From assembly GCA_964016885.1 (NCBI GenBank), contig OZ024757.1, positions 29,946,001 to 30,010,000 of the forward strand: a stretch of DNA of 64,000 nucleotides. The letters are read 5' to 3'. Below, piece after piece: positions 1 through 12,987 of the stretch (within the stretch, counting starts at the first letter, position 1; every line of letters begins with the position of its first letter). The notes under the pieces are model-generated. The model saw nothing but the letters and a program-made list of their open reading frames with translations. It made no database searches and was not told the DNA's origin. Source of the stretch: Eledone cirrhosa. Taxonomy: Eukaryota. The translations under genes and the position numbers were made by a program.

Positions 1-14
1 AGAGAGATACATGC

Positions 15-66
<52 letters not shown>

Positions 67-92
67 GCATATATACATATCTATCTATCTAT

Positions 93-393
93 CTAAGGCG
101 GGTAAAATTCCCGAGATCCATGGACGAGTTCTCTCCAGCGGTCTCTGTCCCTCATTATCGCTGCCATGTCCTGCGTCTCCAATAGACCAGTGTCTGTCCT
201 TAGGGCATCAACATACGTTAACCTTGGTCTTCCTCTTCCAGTTTGTCCATGTAGGGGCTCCCACAGGAGCACTGAGTGCAATGTCAACTCTGGATGTCGG
301 TGAGCATGTCCAGCTAACCTCAGTCTCCTCTGTGTCACTTTTGAGCTGACTTTTGGGAGGCTCCCATACAGCTCTGAGTTTGTCATCCTCAGT
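93..393 (-). mobile_element. RTE-clade LINE, 5'-truncated 3' end (ORF C-terminus), copy 1
   Basis: Minus-strand translation TNSELYGSLPKVSSKVTQRRLRLAGHAHRH...LLWEP...GRGRPRLTYVD...DRDRWRELV matches the C-terminal signature of RTE ORFs (RRLR.AGH..R, GRP, DR..WR). The stop codon runs straight into a (TAGA)n tail at about 76-95. Confidence 0.88.
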
Positions 394-471
394 GTATACT
401 GATTACATATATATACATAGATATATATATACATATACATATACATATATACATATATATAAAGAGAGAGA

Positions 472-535
<64 letters not shown>

Positions 536-1252
536 AGCATTCGAACAGAACACAACACAACCACACAACAATACAACACCAATCAAACAAACAAACAAAA
601 CATCATCGATGAAGAGAAATTTCCACTTAAGAAGTTATTTATAGGAATAACTTTACAGTAGCTGCAACAGAGAAAACGCTACTGTCTGTCTTTGACTAAA
701 ACAAGTAGTTTATTTACAAACTCTCTCCTCGTTATATTTCCTTACTTTCCACACCTCATTGAGAAGGGAAAAAAAAACAGAATATTTTTTTAAATCAGTT
801 GTTCCGATACAATAGTTTATCCATTCACATTGTTTAACTGTAATTACATACCTGTTTTTATTTATATTATGTTTCCTCGTTTGTTTGTTTCTCGTTTTCT
901 TTGCTTGTTTTATGTTTTTATTTGTATTGTTTAGTTATTTCCGACAGTCATTCAGAAATGAGACAGCATTGCATTCAAATAACTCCATTGTATATTCGTG
1001 TCTAATTTCTTAAGCGTTTTTGTTTATACAGCTGTATATTTGTGTATTCAATATGGCTGCCGCATTCAACTTGTCTAAGAGCCTTGCCGATATGATTGCT
1101 ATTCCATGTTTTCTGTCATATTGTTTGTGCGTTTATTTGTGTGTGTGTTTTTCTACATTCTATAATGTACTATGATACCATATTACATCTCTGTATCTAC
1201 TTATATCTATATCTATATATATATATATATATATATATGATTATATATATAT

Positions 1253-1578
1253 GTCGTTTCAGAATTTGTTTAGCAAAATTCTTTATCTGAAAACGTGTGT
1301 TAAAACCGATATTGTTATACTTTGGGAGGGTCATGTTGCCAATAAGAAACACACGCACCAGTTGCTTTCACTCCAATTTATTATAAATTAAATTTATAAA
1401 TTTAACAATTTATAGATTTCCGGTTGGTTGCTTGGTTCCACAACCGGATGGTTGTTCATATATTGTCAAAGTTCTTTCGTCACACATTCAGTGACTGGGG
1501 ATTCTTTTCTTTGTTTTATGCCTCTCCTTTGTTCTGTCCTACGCCATCGTGTTATATGATTATATATATATATACGAT

Positions 1579-1619
<41 letters not shown>

Positions 1620-2173
1620 ATTAAATATATATATATATATAAATACGATTGTATATATATATATATTATATATATATATGATTAAATATATATATATATA
1701 TAAATACGATTGTATATATATATATATTATATATATATATGATTAAATATATATATAAATATATATATACGATTGTATATATATATATTATATATATATA
1801 TGATTAAATATATATATATATATATATATGATTAAATATATATATATATGATTATATATATATATATGATTATATATATATATATGATTATATATATATT
1901 TATGTATATATATATATATTTATGTATATATATATATATTTATGTATATATATATATATTTATGTATATATATATATTTATGTATATATATATATATATT
2001 TATGTATATATATATATTTATGTATATATATATATATATTTATTTATGTATATATATGTATATATATATATGTATATATATATATGTATATATATGTATA
2101 TATATATGTATATATATATGTATATATATGTATATGTATATATATGTATATATATACATATATGTATGTATAA

Positions 2174-2210
<37 letters not shown>

Positions 2211-2294
2211 TGTATATATATATACATATATGTATATAATCATATATATATAACACACGTTTTCAGATAAAGAATCTTGCTTAAATTCAGAAAC

Positions 2295-2297
<3 letters not shown>
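1253..2297. mobile_element. Non-coding Penelope-like (pLTR-derived) element with terminal inverted repeats, family A copy 1, interrupted by an (AT)n expansion
   Basis: 1253-1302 (gtcgtttcagaatttg...gaaaacgtgtgtta) is approximately the reverse complement of 2251-2297. 1311-1545 is homologous to 51117-51362. A hammerhead remnant with part of the core/stem II deleted lies on the minus strand at about 1465-1500. Confidence 0.7.
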
Positions 2298-2357
<60 letters not shown>

Positions 2358-2572
2358 ATATATATATGTGTGTATATATATAAGTATATATATATATAAG
2401 TATATATGTATATGTATATATGTATATATATGTATATATATATATGTATATATATGTATGTATTTGTATATATATATATATATGTATGTATATATATATG
2501 TGTGTATATGTATATATATGTGTGAGTGTGTCTGTGTGCGTGTATATATAAACGTATATGTGTAAATGTAAA

Positions 2573-2607
<35 letters not shown>

Positions 2608-2700
2608 TGTATATATATATATATATAGTGTGTGTATATACATATATGTGTATGTTTAATGTATATGTACAAATATATGGACACAAACATTCTTACATAA
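1550..2700. repeat. (AT)n-based compound microsatellite with GAT, TTTATG, ATGT and GT variants
   Basis: Seen directly; source of the spurious YIYI ORFs. Confidence 0.95.
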
Positions 2701-2702
2701 GT

Positions 2703-2864
<162 letters not shown>

Positions 2865-2943
2865 GTAGGTATGTATGTACATACGTAAGCACATATATGC
2901 ATATAAACAAGGCATGTGGGCCTCAGATTCTCCTACTGAATAT

Positions 2944-3208
2944 AATTGTTTCTACTTTTGGCACAAGGCCAGCAAATACCCAGTGCATTACTGGTACTAT
3001 ATTTTATCGACCCCGTAAGGATGAATGGCAAAGTTAACCTCGGCTGGATTTGAACTCAGACTGTAAAGGCACTTAACTATGCTAGAAAGCATGGTGTCCG
3101 ACCCTCTACCGATACTGCCAATCCACCGCCCTTAATATAATTGTTTCTACTTTAGGCACAAGGCCAGCAATTATCCAGTGCATTACTGGTACTTTATTTT
3201 ATCGACCC
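2944..3208 (-). mobile_element. tRNA-derived SINE (octopus OK-like, Meta/MESC-like core): one full copy (2944-3132) plus a 3' partial copy (3138-3208)
   Basis: Minus strand shows a Pol III A-box-like tggcagtatcggtagag, a B box gagttcaaatcc, the core gccattcatccttacggggtcgataaaata..gtaccag and the tail ggccttgtgccaaaagtagaaacaatt. The family recurs many times in the window. The family name is recalled, not searched. Confidence 0.88.
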
Positions 3209-3379
3209 TTAATATAATGGAACCTATTCAGCAACCATAATATAACGAAATTGCTACATAGAGACCTAATGAATATTAATATGCCAGCGGATTACGGGAT
3301 ATATAAATATATAAATGAGATATATGTATATGAACATAAATATATATATAGCGTGTGTCTCTATGTACGTATTACATAC

Positions 3380-3411
<32 letters not shown>

Positions 3412-3432
3412 GTATGTAATACGTACATAGAT

Positions 3433-3486
<54 letters not shown>

Positions 3487-3577
3487 GTACATAAATGTAT
3501 ATATAGGTGTATATATATATGTATATGAACATACTTGTAATGTATGAATGTACAAATATCTTATATTTCTATATATC

Positions 3578-3618
<41 letters not shown>

Positions 3619-3909
3619 TTTGTGTATCCAAGTACTTAATATGTGGTTACATATATATAAACATACACACACATACATAAATGTATATATATAGGCGTGT
3701 GTGTGTGGTATGTGTGTGTATGAGTGTGTATACATATATATGTATAACCACTACAGTCTCTCACCTGGGAATATCGTAGTATGGACGAAGCATCATTACC
3801 AGACGTTATCCATATTTCTATTTTACCTTTCTACAATTTGCCACCATTAAATGTGGCTATTGATTATTAAAGATGTAATTAGTTTTCTTTTTCTAATTTT
3901 CCTTTTTGT

Positions 3910-4095
<186 letters not shown>

Positions 4096-4137
4096 TAGAT
4101 ATGTTTATATATGTACATATATGTGTATGTGTGTGTT

Positions 4138-4168
<31 letters not shown>

Positions 4169-4648
4169 TTATATATATATATATATATGTTTATATATAT
4201 GTATAGATATGTAAGTGATATACGTATATATATTTTTGTTTTTATTACAGTAGGTAATTAATAAATTTGTTAAATGTTAGATACAACTTAATAGGAAGTG
4301 AGCGTACTTCCTTTATTGCCAACGTATTTCTAATCAATTACGAAATTAAATGGGGTGGAAATATTAAAATAATATATATATGATATTGGCTAAAAGTTAT
4401 TAATATATATATATATTTATGAATGTATGTGTCTATGTACATGTACATATATGTATAAAGACCTATATATATTGCATATATATGTATACATATATAACCA
4501 GATATATACATATCCATACACACACAAATATATGTTTGTGAGAGGGAAAGTGCTTGCGTGTAAGTTATAACATTTAATATTCATATATATATATTAGTGT
4601 GTGTGTGTGTGTGTGTAACCACATATGTACATATATTCATACGCACAC

Positions 4649-4731
<83 letters not shown>

Positions 4732-4746
4732 GAAATAGCATCTACA

Positions 4747-4785
4747 GGACTAGAACTGTTTCATTCGAGAGAAATCATCAGGGCC
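4747..4785 (-). ncRNA. Degenerate minimal hammerhead-like motif
   Basis: Minus strand ggcc CUGAUGA u uuc-ucuc-gaa u GAAA caguuc UA gucc. Both core boxes are intact, the stems are imperfect, and it lies next to an (AT)n tract. Confidence 0.35.
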
Positions 4786-4959
4786 ACTGAACATCATGTG
4801 GCATGTTATTTCAAGTACATCGCTCTGCTGGAAACCAGACGGTAGCCTACATAATTTTGTGTAACATTGATATCATGTGTGTATATATATATATTTATAT
4901 ATAAAGATATCCTACTGCTATCGAGCAATACCATTACTTGTTAATCGTTACAATACACA

Positions 4960-6130
4960 CTACTACTACTACCACTACTACTATTACTACTACTACAACT
5001 ACTGAATATTCTTCGGCAATACAATAGATTCTACGCCACAGATCCTACCTTAAGCAATTCCGTCTTCCTGAGGCCTGTGCAGCTGAGAGTGGCTTTTGGA
5101 TTACAACATTCGGCTTTATGTCTACTGCTACTACTACTATTACAACGACTACACCTGCTACCAACGATACAACAAACAGCACCACTGACAATAATAATAC
5201 TATTAGAACAAAATTCACTAACATCATCACTACTAGCATCACTAATAATAATAATAATAATAATATTAGTAATGGAACAAAATTCACCAACACCATCACT
5301 ACTACTACTACTACCACCTCCAATACCACTACTACTACTACAACCACCTGCACTATTACATCCACCATCACTACCACTACAACCTTCAATACCATTACTA
5401 CTACGACCAACACCACTACTAATACATCCACTATCATTAACATCACTACTACTACTACAACGAAGCCCTACTCCTATTACATCACTACTACTACTACAAC
5501 AACGAAGCCCTACTACTATTACATCACTACTACTACTACTAGCCCCACTATAACATCCACCATCACTACTACCACCTCCAATACAACTACTACTACAACC
5601 AGCACCACTATAAGATCCACCATCACTACTGCTATAACCTCTAATACCATTGCTACTACAACCAACACCACTACTATTACATCATCACAACCATTACTTC
5701 CAGCACCACTACTACAACCTCCAATGCCACTACAACCTCCAATACCACTACAACCAGCACCACCACCATTACTTCCACCATCATTACTACAACCTCCAAA
5801 TCCATTACTAATACAACCAGCACCACTACTATTACATCCACCATCACTACCACTACTTCGACGATGACTACTACAACCTCCAATGCCACTTCTACTACAA
5901 CCAACACCACTACTATTACATCCACCATCACTACTACTACTTCCACCCCCTCTACTACAACCTCCTATGTCACTACTACTATAACCAACACCACTACTAT
6001 TACATCCCCTATCACTACCATTACTTCCACCATCACTACTACAATCTCCAATGCCACTACTACTACAACCTCCAATACAACGACTACTACAACCAATACC
6101 ACTACAGTTACTACTAATACTACAACACCT
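4960..6130. repeat. Degenerate (ACT/ACC/ACA)n trinucleotide array with an approx. 55-65 bp higher-order unit
   Basis: Recurring unit ccactactacaacctccaataccactactactacaaccaacaccactactattacatccaccatca. The Thr-rich frame shifts at about 5690 and about 5865. Confidence 0.85.
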
Positions 6131-6636
6131 ATCGATTCTCAGAAGATACAATAGCGTTTCTCTTATTTCCCAAGGGAAGTCACCTTGTTCAACGAAATAT
6201 CGTCTGCTCAGTGAAATGCTTCGTCATCAACTTCGGCTTATTTAGGGCCAACGATATAACTATAGCAATAGAGCATATTACACAGAAGAATGTTTCCCAA
6301 TATGAAGTCATAGCTTATTTTTGTTATTTATTTCACACATTGGTAGTCCGTTGTAGCAAAATAGAATAAAAGAAGCAATAAAAAATGTTACTGTAGCTAT
6401 ATTCTTGATTTCACCATATGCTTATCACAATACGTTATCTTACATTATTTACTGCGTTGTTTTATGATTTGATTCAGTTTGGTATTAAGCAAGATATTCA
6501 AGCGAAAACATTGTGGGGGTATATATATATATATATACTCATTTATTTATATATATATACTCATTTATTTATATATATATATATATACTCATTTATTTTA
6601 TATATATATACTCATTTATTTTATATATATATACTC

Positions 6637-6688
<52 letters not shown>

Positions 6689-6933
6689 TCATATATATGT
6701 ATGTATTTATTTATATATTTATTTATTTATATATAAACATATACTCACACACACATATGTATGTATATATATATATATATATATATACTCACTCATATAT
6801 ATAGATATAAATAAAAATATACTCACTCACATATATACATATAAATAAATATATACTCATATGTATATAAATATATACTCACACACACACATATATATAC
6901 ACACACTAACACACACACTCTTTGTATGTATGA

Positions 6934-6992
<59 letters not shown>

Positions 6993-7429
6993 CATACATA
7001 GAAAGAGAGAGACAACAAAGATAGCTGTATCTCTATCAACATGCACAAGCTCACACATGTTATGTCAAACATTAATAATATCGAATTGAAAATTCATTCC
7101 GTCTACTCTCTTGTCAAATAGATAGATAGATTAAATATTAAATTTTCCTATTTCCATGTTTATTACGACAGTTAGTTTAATTTGTTCTTCGGCAAATATA
7201 GGTGTAAAAGTTACTTCGATATGAACAAATTTCTGCTATGGTTGCACAAATCTTACAGCCAGTGGCATACATGGCTAAATTAGAGTTTTATCTGTAGATG
7301 ATACGTAGATTTTTATATTATATATATTTATTTATAACTTCAAAACATATTAAGTGTGGAATGCAATGTATTGGAATTTATCTCAAGCTTTGTGAAAGCG
7401 CCTCGATTCTGTACGCACACAAACACATG

Positions 7430-7506
<77 letters not shown>

Positions 7507-7909
7507 ATATATATATATATTTGTGTGTGATTTATATATATATATTTGCGTGTGATTTATATATATTTTTGTGGTTTATATATATGTATGTATATTATAT
7601 ATATATATGTGTGTGTATACATATAAATCACACACAAATATATATCACACAGTAAAGGACTCGCGTTTATTCCTGTGATTTAATGAGCTCAAGGAAATTG
7701 TTCCAGGCTCTTCAAAATATAGAGGAGAAAATACATGAAAAGAACATGTTTTCAATTACAGGGGGGGGGTATATTGTCACAAGAGGGAAGAACATAAAAA
7801 CTGCCAAAGGCACAGGAAATACATTATAATTAATTAAAACCGAAAAACGAACCTTCATAATTATGACACCTATACAGTCCCATGGAGGGGTTGTTTCACT
7901 ATAGATCTT

Positions 7910-8085
7910 GCCTGAAATCTGACCTGGACACAATGCAACAATGGATCACCGACTGGCAACTGAAGCTGTCTGTGGACAAGTGTACCACCATACATTTTGG
8001 GAGTAAAAACCCAGCATCCACGTACTCCCTCCACAACACTTACATCAAGAAGTCTTCTTGTGAACGTGACCTGGGCATTACTACT
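7910..8085 (+). mobile_element. CR1-like LINE fragment (distal RT region)
   Basis: LKSDLDTMQQWITDWQLKLSVDKCTTIHFGSKNP...ERDLGI matches the LQxDLxxLxxWxxxWQLxxNxxKC...EKDLG pattern of CR1-group RTs. Confidence 0.85.
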
Positions 8086-8113
8086 GGAATTCTATAAGAA
8101 TCTAGCTTCTATA

Positions 8114-8205
8114 ATTTTCGGCAAAGGCAGGTGAGTGCGTGGCTTTGATAAACGCCAACCAACGAGAAACAGTTGTCAGTCTCTCTCCCAGCCTTTGCCG
8201 AAAAT
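8114..8205 (+). mobile_element. Short inverted-repeat element enclosing a degenerate hammerhead (family B)
   Basis: Perfect 15-bp IR attttcggcaaaggc (8114-8128) / gcctttgccgaaaat (8191-8205). Inside is ggcu uugauaa acg-ccaaccaa-cga GAAA caguug UC aguc, with stem I ggcu/aguc and a near-palindromic stem III. Confidence 0.5.
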
Positions 8206-8289
8206 AAGTAAGTGACGCAGTCACTACTTTAAAACTTATAGCGAAAGGTCTTCTAAATGTTTTAAAATAAACAAACGGTATATTGCCAA

Positions 8290-8346
<57 letters not shown>

Positions 8347-8989
8347 CAGAATGGTCGAATGGATATGACGAAGAAAAAATGCTTTACACAGAATGGCTAA
8401 ATGATTGAAAATATTGCTACTACGAAATATTGCTACATTTTCTATGAACAGATGATCAAAGTTAATTTCGGTGGGTATTTGTAACTCAGAGCGCAGAAAT
8501 CTGGAACATTCACCGACGGTCTAACAACTCTTCCAGTTAAACACCATTAATGTTAAATGTTGAATATTGTAGCTCTAATTGGGTTTTATATGAGAGACCT
8601 TTTGACATTTCAATCCAAGTTACGATAAGGAATTTAACAGCTTCATATTTCATTGTGTTTATACTTCAATGTGGTGCAATAGACAGATTAGAAAGAGTTA
8701 ACCGTATTTCTGATTTGCCCGAAATAACCATTGACAGGATTACATAACAGTGCAATAAATATCTTCCTTGAGAATTTATGGAGGGTGATGGTAGCTGACA
8801 AAGAGATGCGTAGATGGTGTAATTTATCGTCGTTTCTGACAAGAGAGGGCATTTCTTCCAGTTATATATTCAATATGGATTGCAGCTGATTACCAAAACT
8901 GGGAGATTAGTGGCTGTGAAAATACATCGTGGTAAACAGAATGTACACGAGTCTCTTTATGTTGCCTGTTTGTTTTTGTACTGTCATGT

Positions 8990-8990
8990 T

Positions 8991-9047
<57 letters not shown>
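8990..9047. repeat. (GTA)n microsatellite
   Basis: Seen directly. Confidence 0.97.
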
Positions 9048-9048
<1 letters not shown>

Positions 9049-9049
9049 C

Positions 9050-9372
9050 GGTTTCTGATTTAGGCACAAGACCAACTATTTTGGTTTCCGGTGGGAAGGG
9101 GAAAGTCGATTAAATTGATCGCAGTGCATTACTGGTACTTTATTTTATCGACCCTGTAAGGATGAAAGGCAAAGCTAACCTCGGTGGGATTTGAACTCAG
9201 AACGTAAATGGCCTTAACTATGCCACGAAGCAGGGCGTTCGACGCTCTACCGATACTGTCACTCCACCTCCCTTATAATAATTATAATGATAATAATAAT
9301 AATGTTTCTAACTTAGACACAAGGTCGGTAATTTATGGGGATAGGATAGTCGATTAAATCGACCCTAATACT
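9050..9372 (-). mobile_element. tRNA-derived SINE, full copy (about 9050-9272) plus a 3' fragment (about 9303-9372)
   Basis: Same A/B boxes and core as 2944-3132, with the longer tail variant containing ttaatcgactttcccc. Confidence 0.85.
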
Positions 9373-9825
9373 TTGTATGGAAATAATAATTTTAGAAGAT
9401 AGGAACCCTTTAAAATATGGGGTTTTGTTTCATAGAATCAAAGGTGGTTTGGGGACAGTTGTTATCAAAATAGTTAAACTGGAGCTTGAGTAGAACTGCC
9501 TCTGTTTTTCTACAGCCTCACGTATTCTAAACAAGAGGAAAATCTTTAAAAACTTGTTGAAAATTTTAACCGTCCGAGACCCTCAATTCTTGCTATATAT
9601 TTTGCGTATATTGGATGGTATATCTAAATTTTTATTGATATTTTCGGCTCAATACGAACATAAATTCTAAACCATATATCAGTTTTCAATCTGTTATTGG
9701 TAAAACGAAAAACAATCTCTAATAAATAAATCAAACTCAGATATGAAGAGGAAATTGTTTTTGTTTTGATTTTTGTGTTGTTTATTTTTAGTTTTTTTTT
9801 TTTTTAGGGGTGGGGTGTATGGATG

Positions 9826-9936
9826 GAGTGGAGAGGGTAGATGGGGTGGATGGGATGGAGTGGAGAGGGTAGATGGGGTGGATGGTGGATGGGATGGAGT
9901 GGAGAGGGTAGATGGGTGGATGGTGGATGGGGTGGA
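9826..9936 (+). repeat. G-rich short tandem repeat (ggatggagtggagagggtagatggggtggat) x about 3
   Basis: Seen directly. Confidence 0.85.
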
Positions 9937-9978
9937 GTCAAGAAATAAATAACTATCATATATATATATATATATATA

Positions 9979-10205
9979 TTGGTAAACGGAATAGAAAATG
10001 CTGACAAATTGTTCACAGTTGAAAAATGGTTTAATTAGGAATAAAAGAGTATTAGTGATTGTATGGGCTAGTATTCAGTTGTGGTTTTAAGTTTTTAAGT
10101 TTTTACCGGTTGCGCATTTCTAAATGCTTTTCAAAAATAATTTTGAGATAGAGTGTCCGTGTTGTTTGCTCTGATCAGAGCAACATTTTCTATTCCGTTT
10201 ACCAA
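9979..10205 (-). mobile_element. Non-coding TIR element in (AT)n with a degenerate hammerhead (family C)
   Basis: Perfect 22-bp IR ttggtaaacggaatagaaaatg (9979-10000) / cattttctattccgtttaccaa (10184-10205), flanked by tatata. Minus strand about 10100-10140 reads uuuu uugaaaa gcauu-uaga-aaugc gcaa ccgg UA aaaa, which is hammerhead geometry with mutated core boxes. Confidence 0.6.
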
Positions 10206-11409
10206 TATATAATAACTTGTGTGTTACACCTCTATTCTTTTAACTATATATATATATACACACCATCGCATTGATTTAAATATCATCGGGGGAAAAGAAG
10301 TCATTGTAGATTCTCACAAGACATGATTGAAAAGAAACTTCGTTATTTAAAAGAAAATAGACCTACACCGGATTCTGACGCTCTACTAATTCTGCCAAAC
10401 TACCATCTTTTTCCTGTTTTTTTAATGATAAACTCCTTTAAACGATTTTCAAACCTGGTTGGGGCTTCAGGAGAAGGTATATATATAATGTAAACAGCCA
10501 GAATTTTGTGCTAATGTTGAAAACATTAGTTTCATATAGTTTGTCTATAATAATTTATGGATGCAGGCATGACCTTGGAGGATCATAACGAAATGCTGCA
10601 AATTCGACGCCATTGTGTAAAGATGTGACGTAATTTGTTTCATAACATCTGACATATTCTAACGATTCTAACTTGAGGCTAACCTGTGGCTAAACAATAA
10701 CAACAGTAAAAATGTAAATGTCAGTGTATTTCCTGAGAGATCTGTTTGTTAAATACGTTGGTAAATTTAGAAAAACGAAACAGAAAATGTTTCTTCTCGT
10801 TTGAGAGAAAAACAAAAGCTGAAAGCAAAGTGGGGAGAAAATAAAAGAATCTAGTTGCTACATAGTTGTATAGGTTTGCCGCAGTGGCTGCACAAATGCT
10901 GGAGAGAAAACTCGTTCTACACTTAGTGGGACATAAGATTTTCTATGGACGTATCAATGTTCCTTGCCACGGCCTGGGGGAGATATACTGGCGGAAAGCG
11001 CCGATAGCGTTATCATCTCCAGTGTAAGATATAAGCGAAATATTAAATGCATCTATGTAAGTATGCATATGGGTATATATATATATGTATAGAGAGAGAG
11101 AGATGTATATATATATATATATATATAGGGAGAGAAGTATAGATATTATTATTATATTTGTTTACCTTTTATTTAGAGAGAGAGAGAGAGAGAGGGAGAC
11201 CGAGAGAGAGAGGGGGGAGACCGAGAGAGAGAGAGAGAGAGGGGGAGGGAGGGAGAAGTATAGATATATATTTATATATATATATATTATTTCTGTTTAC
11301 CATTTATATATAGGGAGAAAGATATAGATATGTGTTTATATATAGATAGATACTATGTATGTTTATAAATATAGACGTATAATCATATATATATAAATAT
11401 GTGTGTCTA

Positions 11410-11463
<54 letters not shown>

Positions 11464-11655
11464 TAAACAAATAATGAATAAACAATTCCTTATATTAAAC
11501 AAAAAAAGTTCATTATTTAACGATCGTTTCTAGGGTATATATGTGTTATAATTGGTATGCATATTCAACAGATCTATGTACAAAATTATACAAAATTATA
11601 CAAATTATCAAGATTAAATATACATACCTAACACATATATACGCCGTCTTCAGAA

Positions 11656-11722
<67 letters not shown>

Positions 11723-12119
11723 GTGGATAAAATCGAAATACAGCTAATGCAGCATCTCTCGAAATTACATACCTGTCTACTGACAGAGATGAACACATAT
11801 ATATACATATATAAAAAAATGTGTGTGTTTCCGTGTGTGAGAGAGTGTGTGAGAGAGTGTGTGTGTGTGTGGATGGTGTTAGAGATAAAGATCATAAAGA
11901 TGATTTCTTAAATATATTTGTGTGTCTTAACTTACAATATTTAATAAATTAAACCAATTCTTTAGAAGACTACCATATTGTAACCCTAAACTTCACCCTA
12001 GTGTCAATCAAAAGACGTTTGTAAATTTGATCGCTTCCATATAACTTAAATTCCATTGCAGTAATATTGGTGAAAGTAATATAATTGCAAGTTGTGTTTA
12101 TTGTTAGTACACATACACA

Positions 12120-12181
<62 letters not shown>

Positions 12182-12248
12182 ATGTGTGTATGTATATATG
12201 TATGTGTGCATGTATATATATATATATACATATATATATGTATCTGCG

Positions 12249-12282
<34 letters not shown>

Positions 12283-12287
12283 TATAT

Positions 12288-12339
<52 letters not shown>

Positions 12340-12435
12340 ATATATATATATATATATGCATATATATATATATATATGTATGTGTGTATATATATATATA
12401 TATATGCATATATATATATATACATATATATATGT

Positions 12436-12471
<36 letters not shown>

Positions 12472-12736
12472 GTATGTGTGTGTATATATATATATATATA
12501 TGCATATATATATGTATGTGTGTATATATATATATATATATGCATATATATATGTATGTGTGTATATATATACATATATATATGTATGTGTGTATATATA
12601 TATATACATATATGTATGTGTGTATATATATATATGCATATATATATGTATGTGTATATATATATGTATGTGTATATATATATATATATTTATACATATG
12701 TATGTGTGTATATATATATATATGCATATATATATG

Positions 12737-12774
<38 letters not shown>

Positions 12775-12884
12775 TACATATGCATATATATATGTATGTG
12801 TATATATATATACATATATATATATGTATGTGTGTATATATATATAAATATATATATATATACATATGCATATATATATGTATG

Positions 12885-12915
<31 letters not shown>
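12120..12915. repeat. (AT)n compound array with tgtatgtgtg / tgca / taca interruptions
   Basis: Seen directly. Confidence 0.95.
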
Positions 12916-12987
12916 AGGTAGATAGATAGATTGGTACGTAGAGATAGATATCTTTCTTTATTTGCCACTAGGTAGGTAGGTAGATAT

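Noticed and set aside
2944-3132. tRNA gene suggested by A and B boxes
   Set aside because: No cloverleaf; the boxes belong to a multi-copy SINE head followed by core and tail.
5118-6154. Mucin-like Thr-rich ORFs
   Set aside because: The Thr frame shifts twice, there is no signal peptide or clear splice context, and a trinucleotide-derived minisatellite explains it.
9370-9780. Possible dispersed DNA element between a SINE and the G-rich repeat
   Set aside because: No TIRs, ORF or second copy in the window to support a call.
11519-11580. Possible hammerhead (minus strand GAAA-CGAUCG-UU)
   Set aside because: The palindromic stem III is present, but there is no convincing CUGANGA or stem II at the right spacing; not counted.
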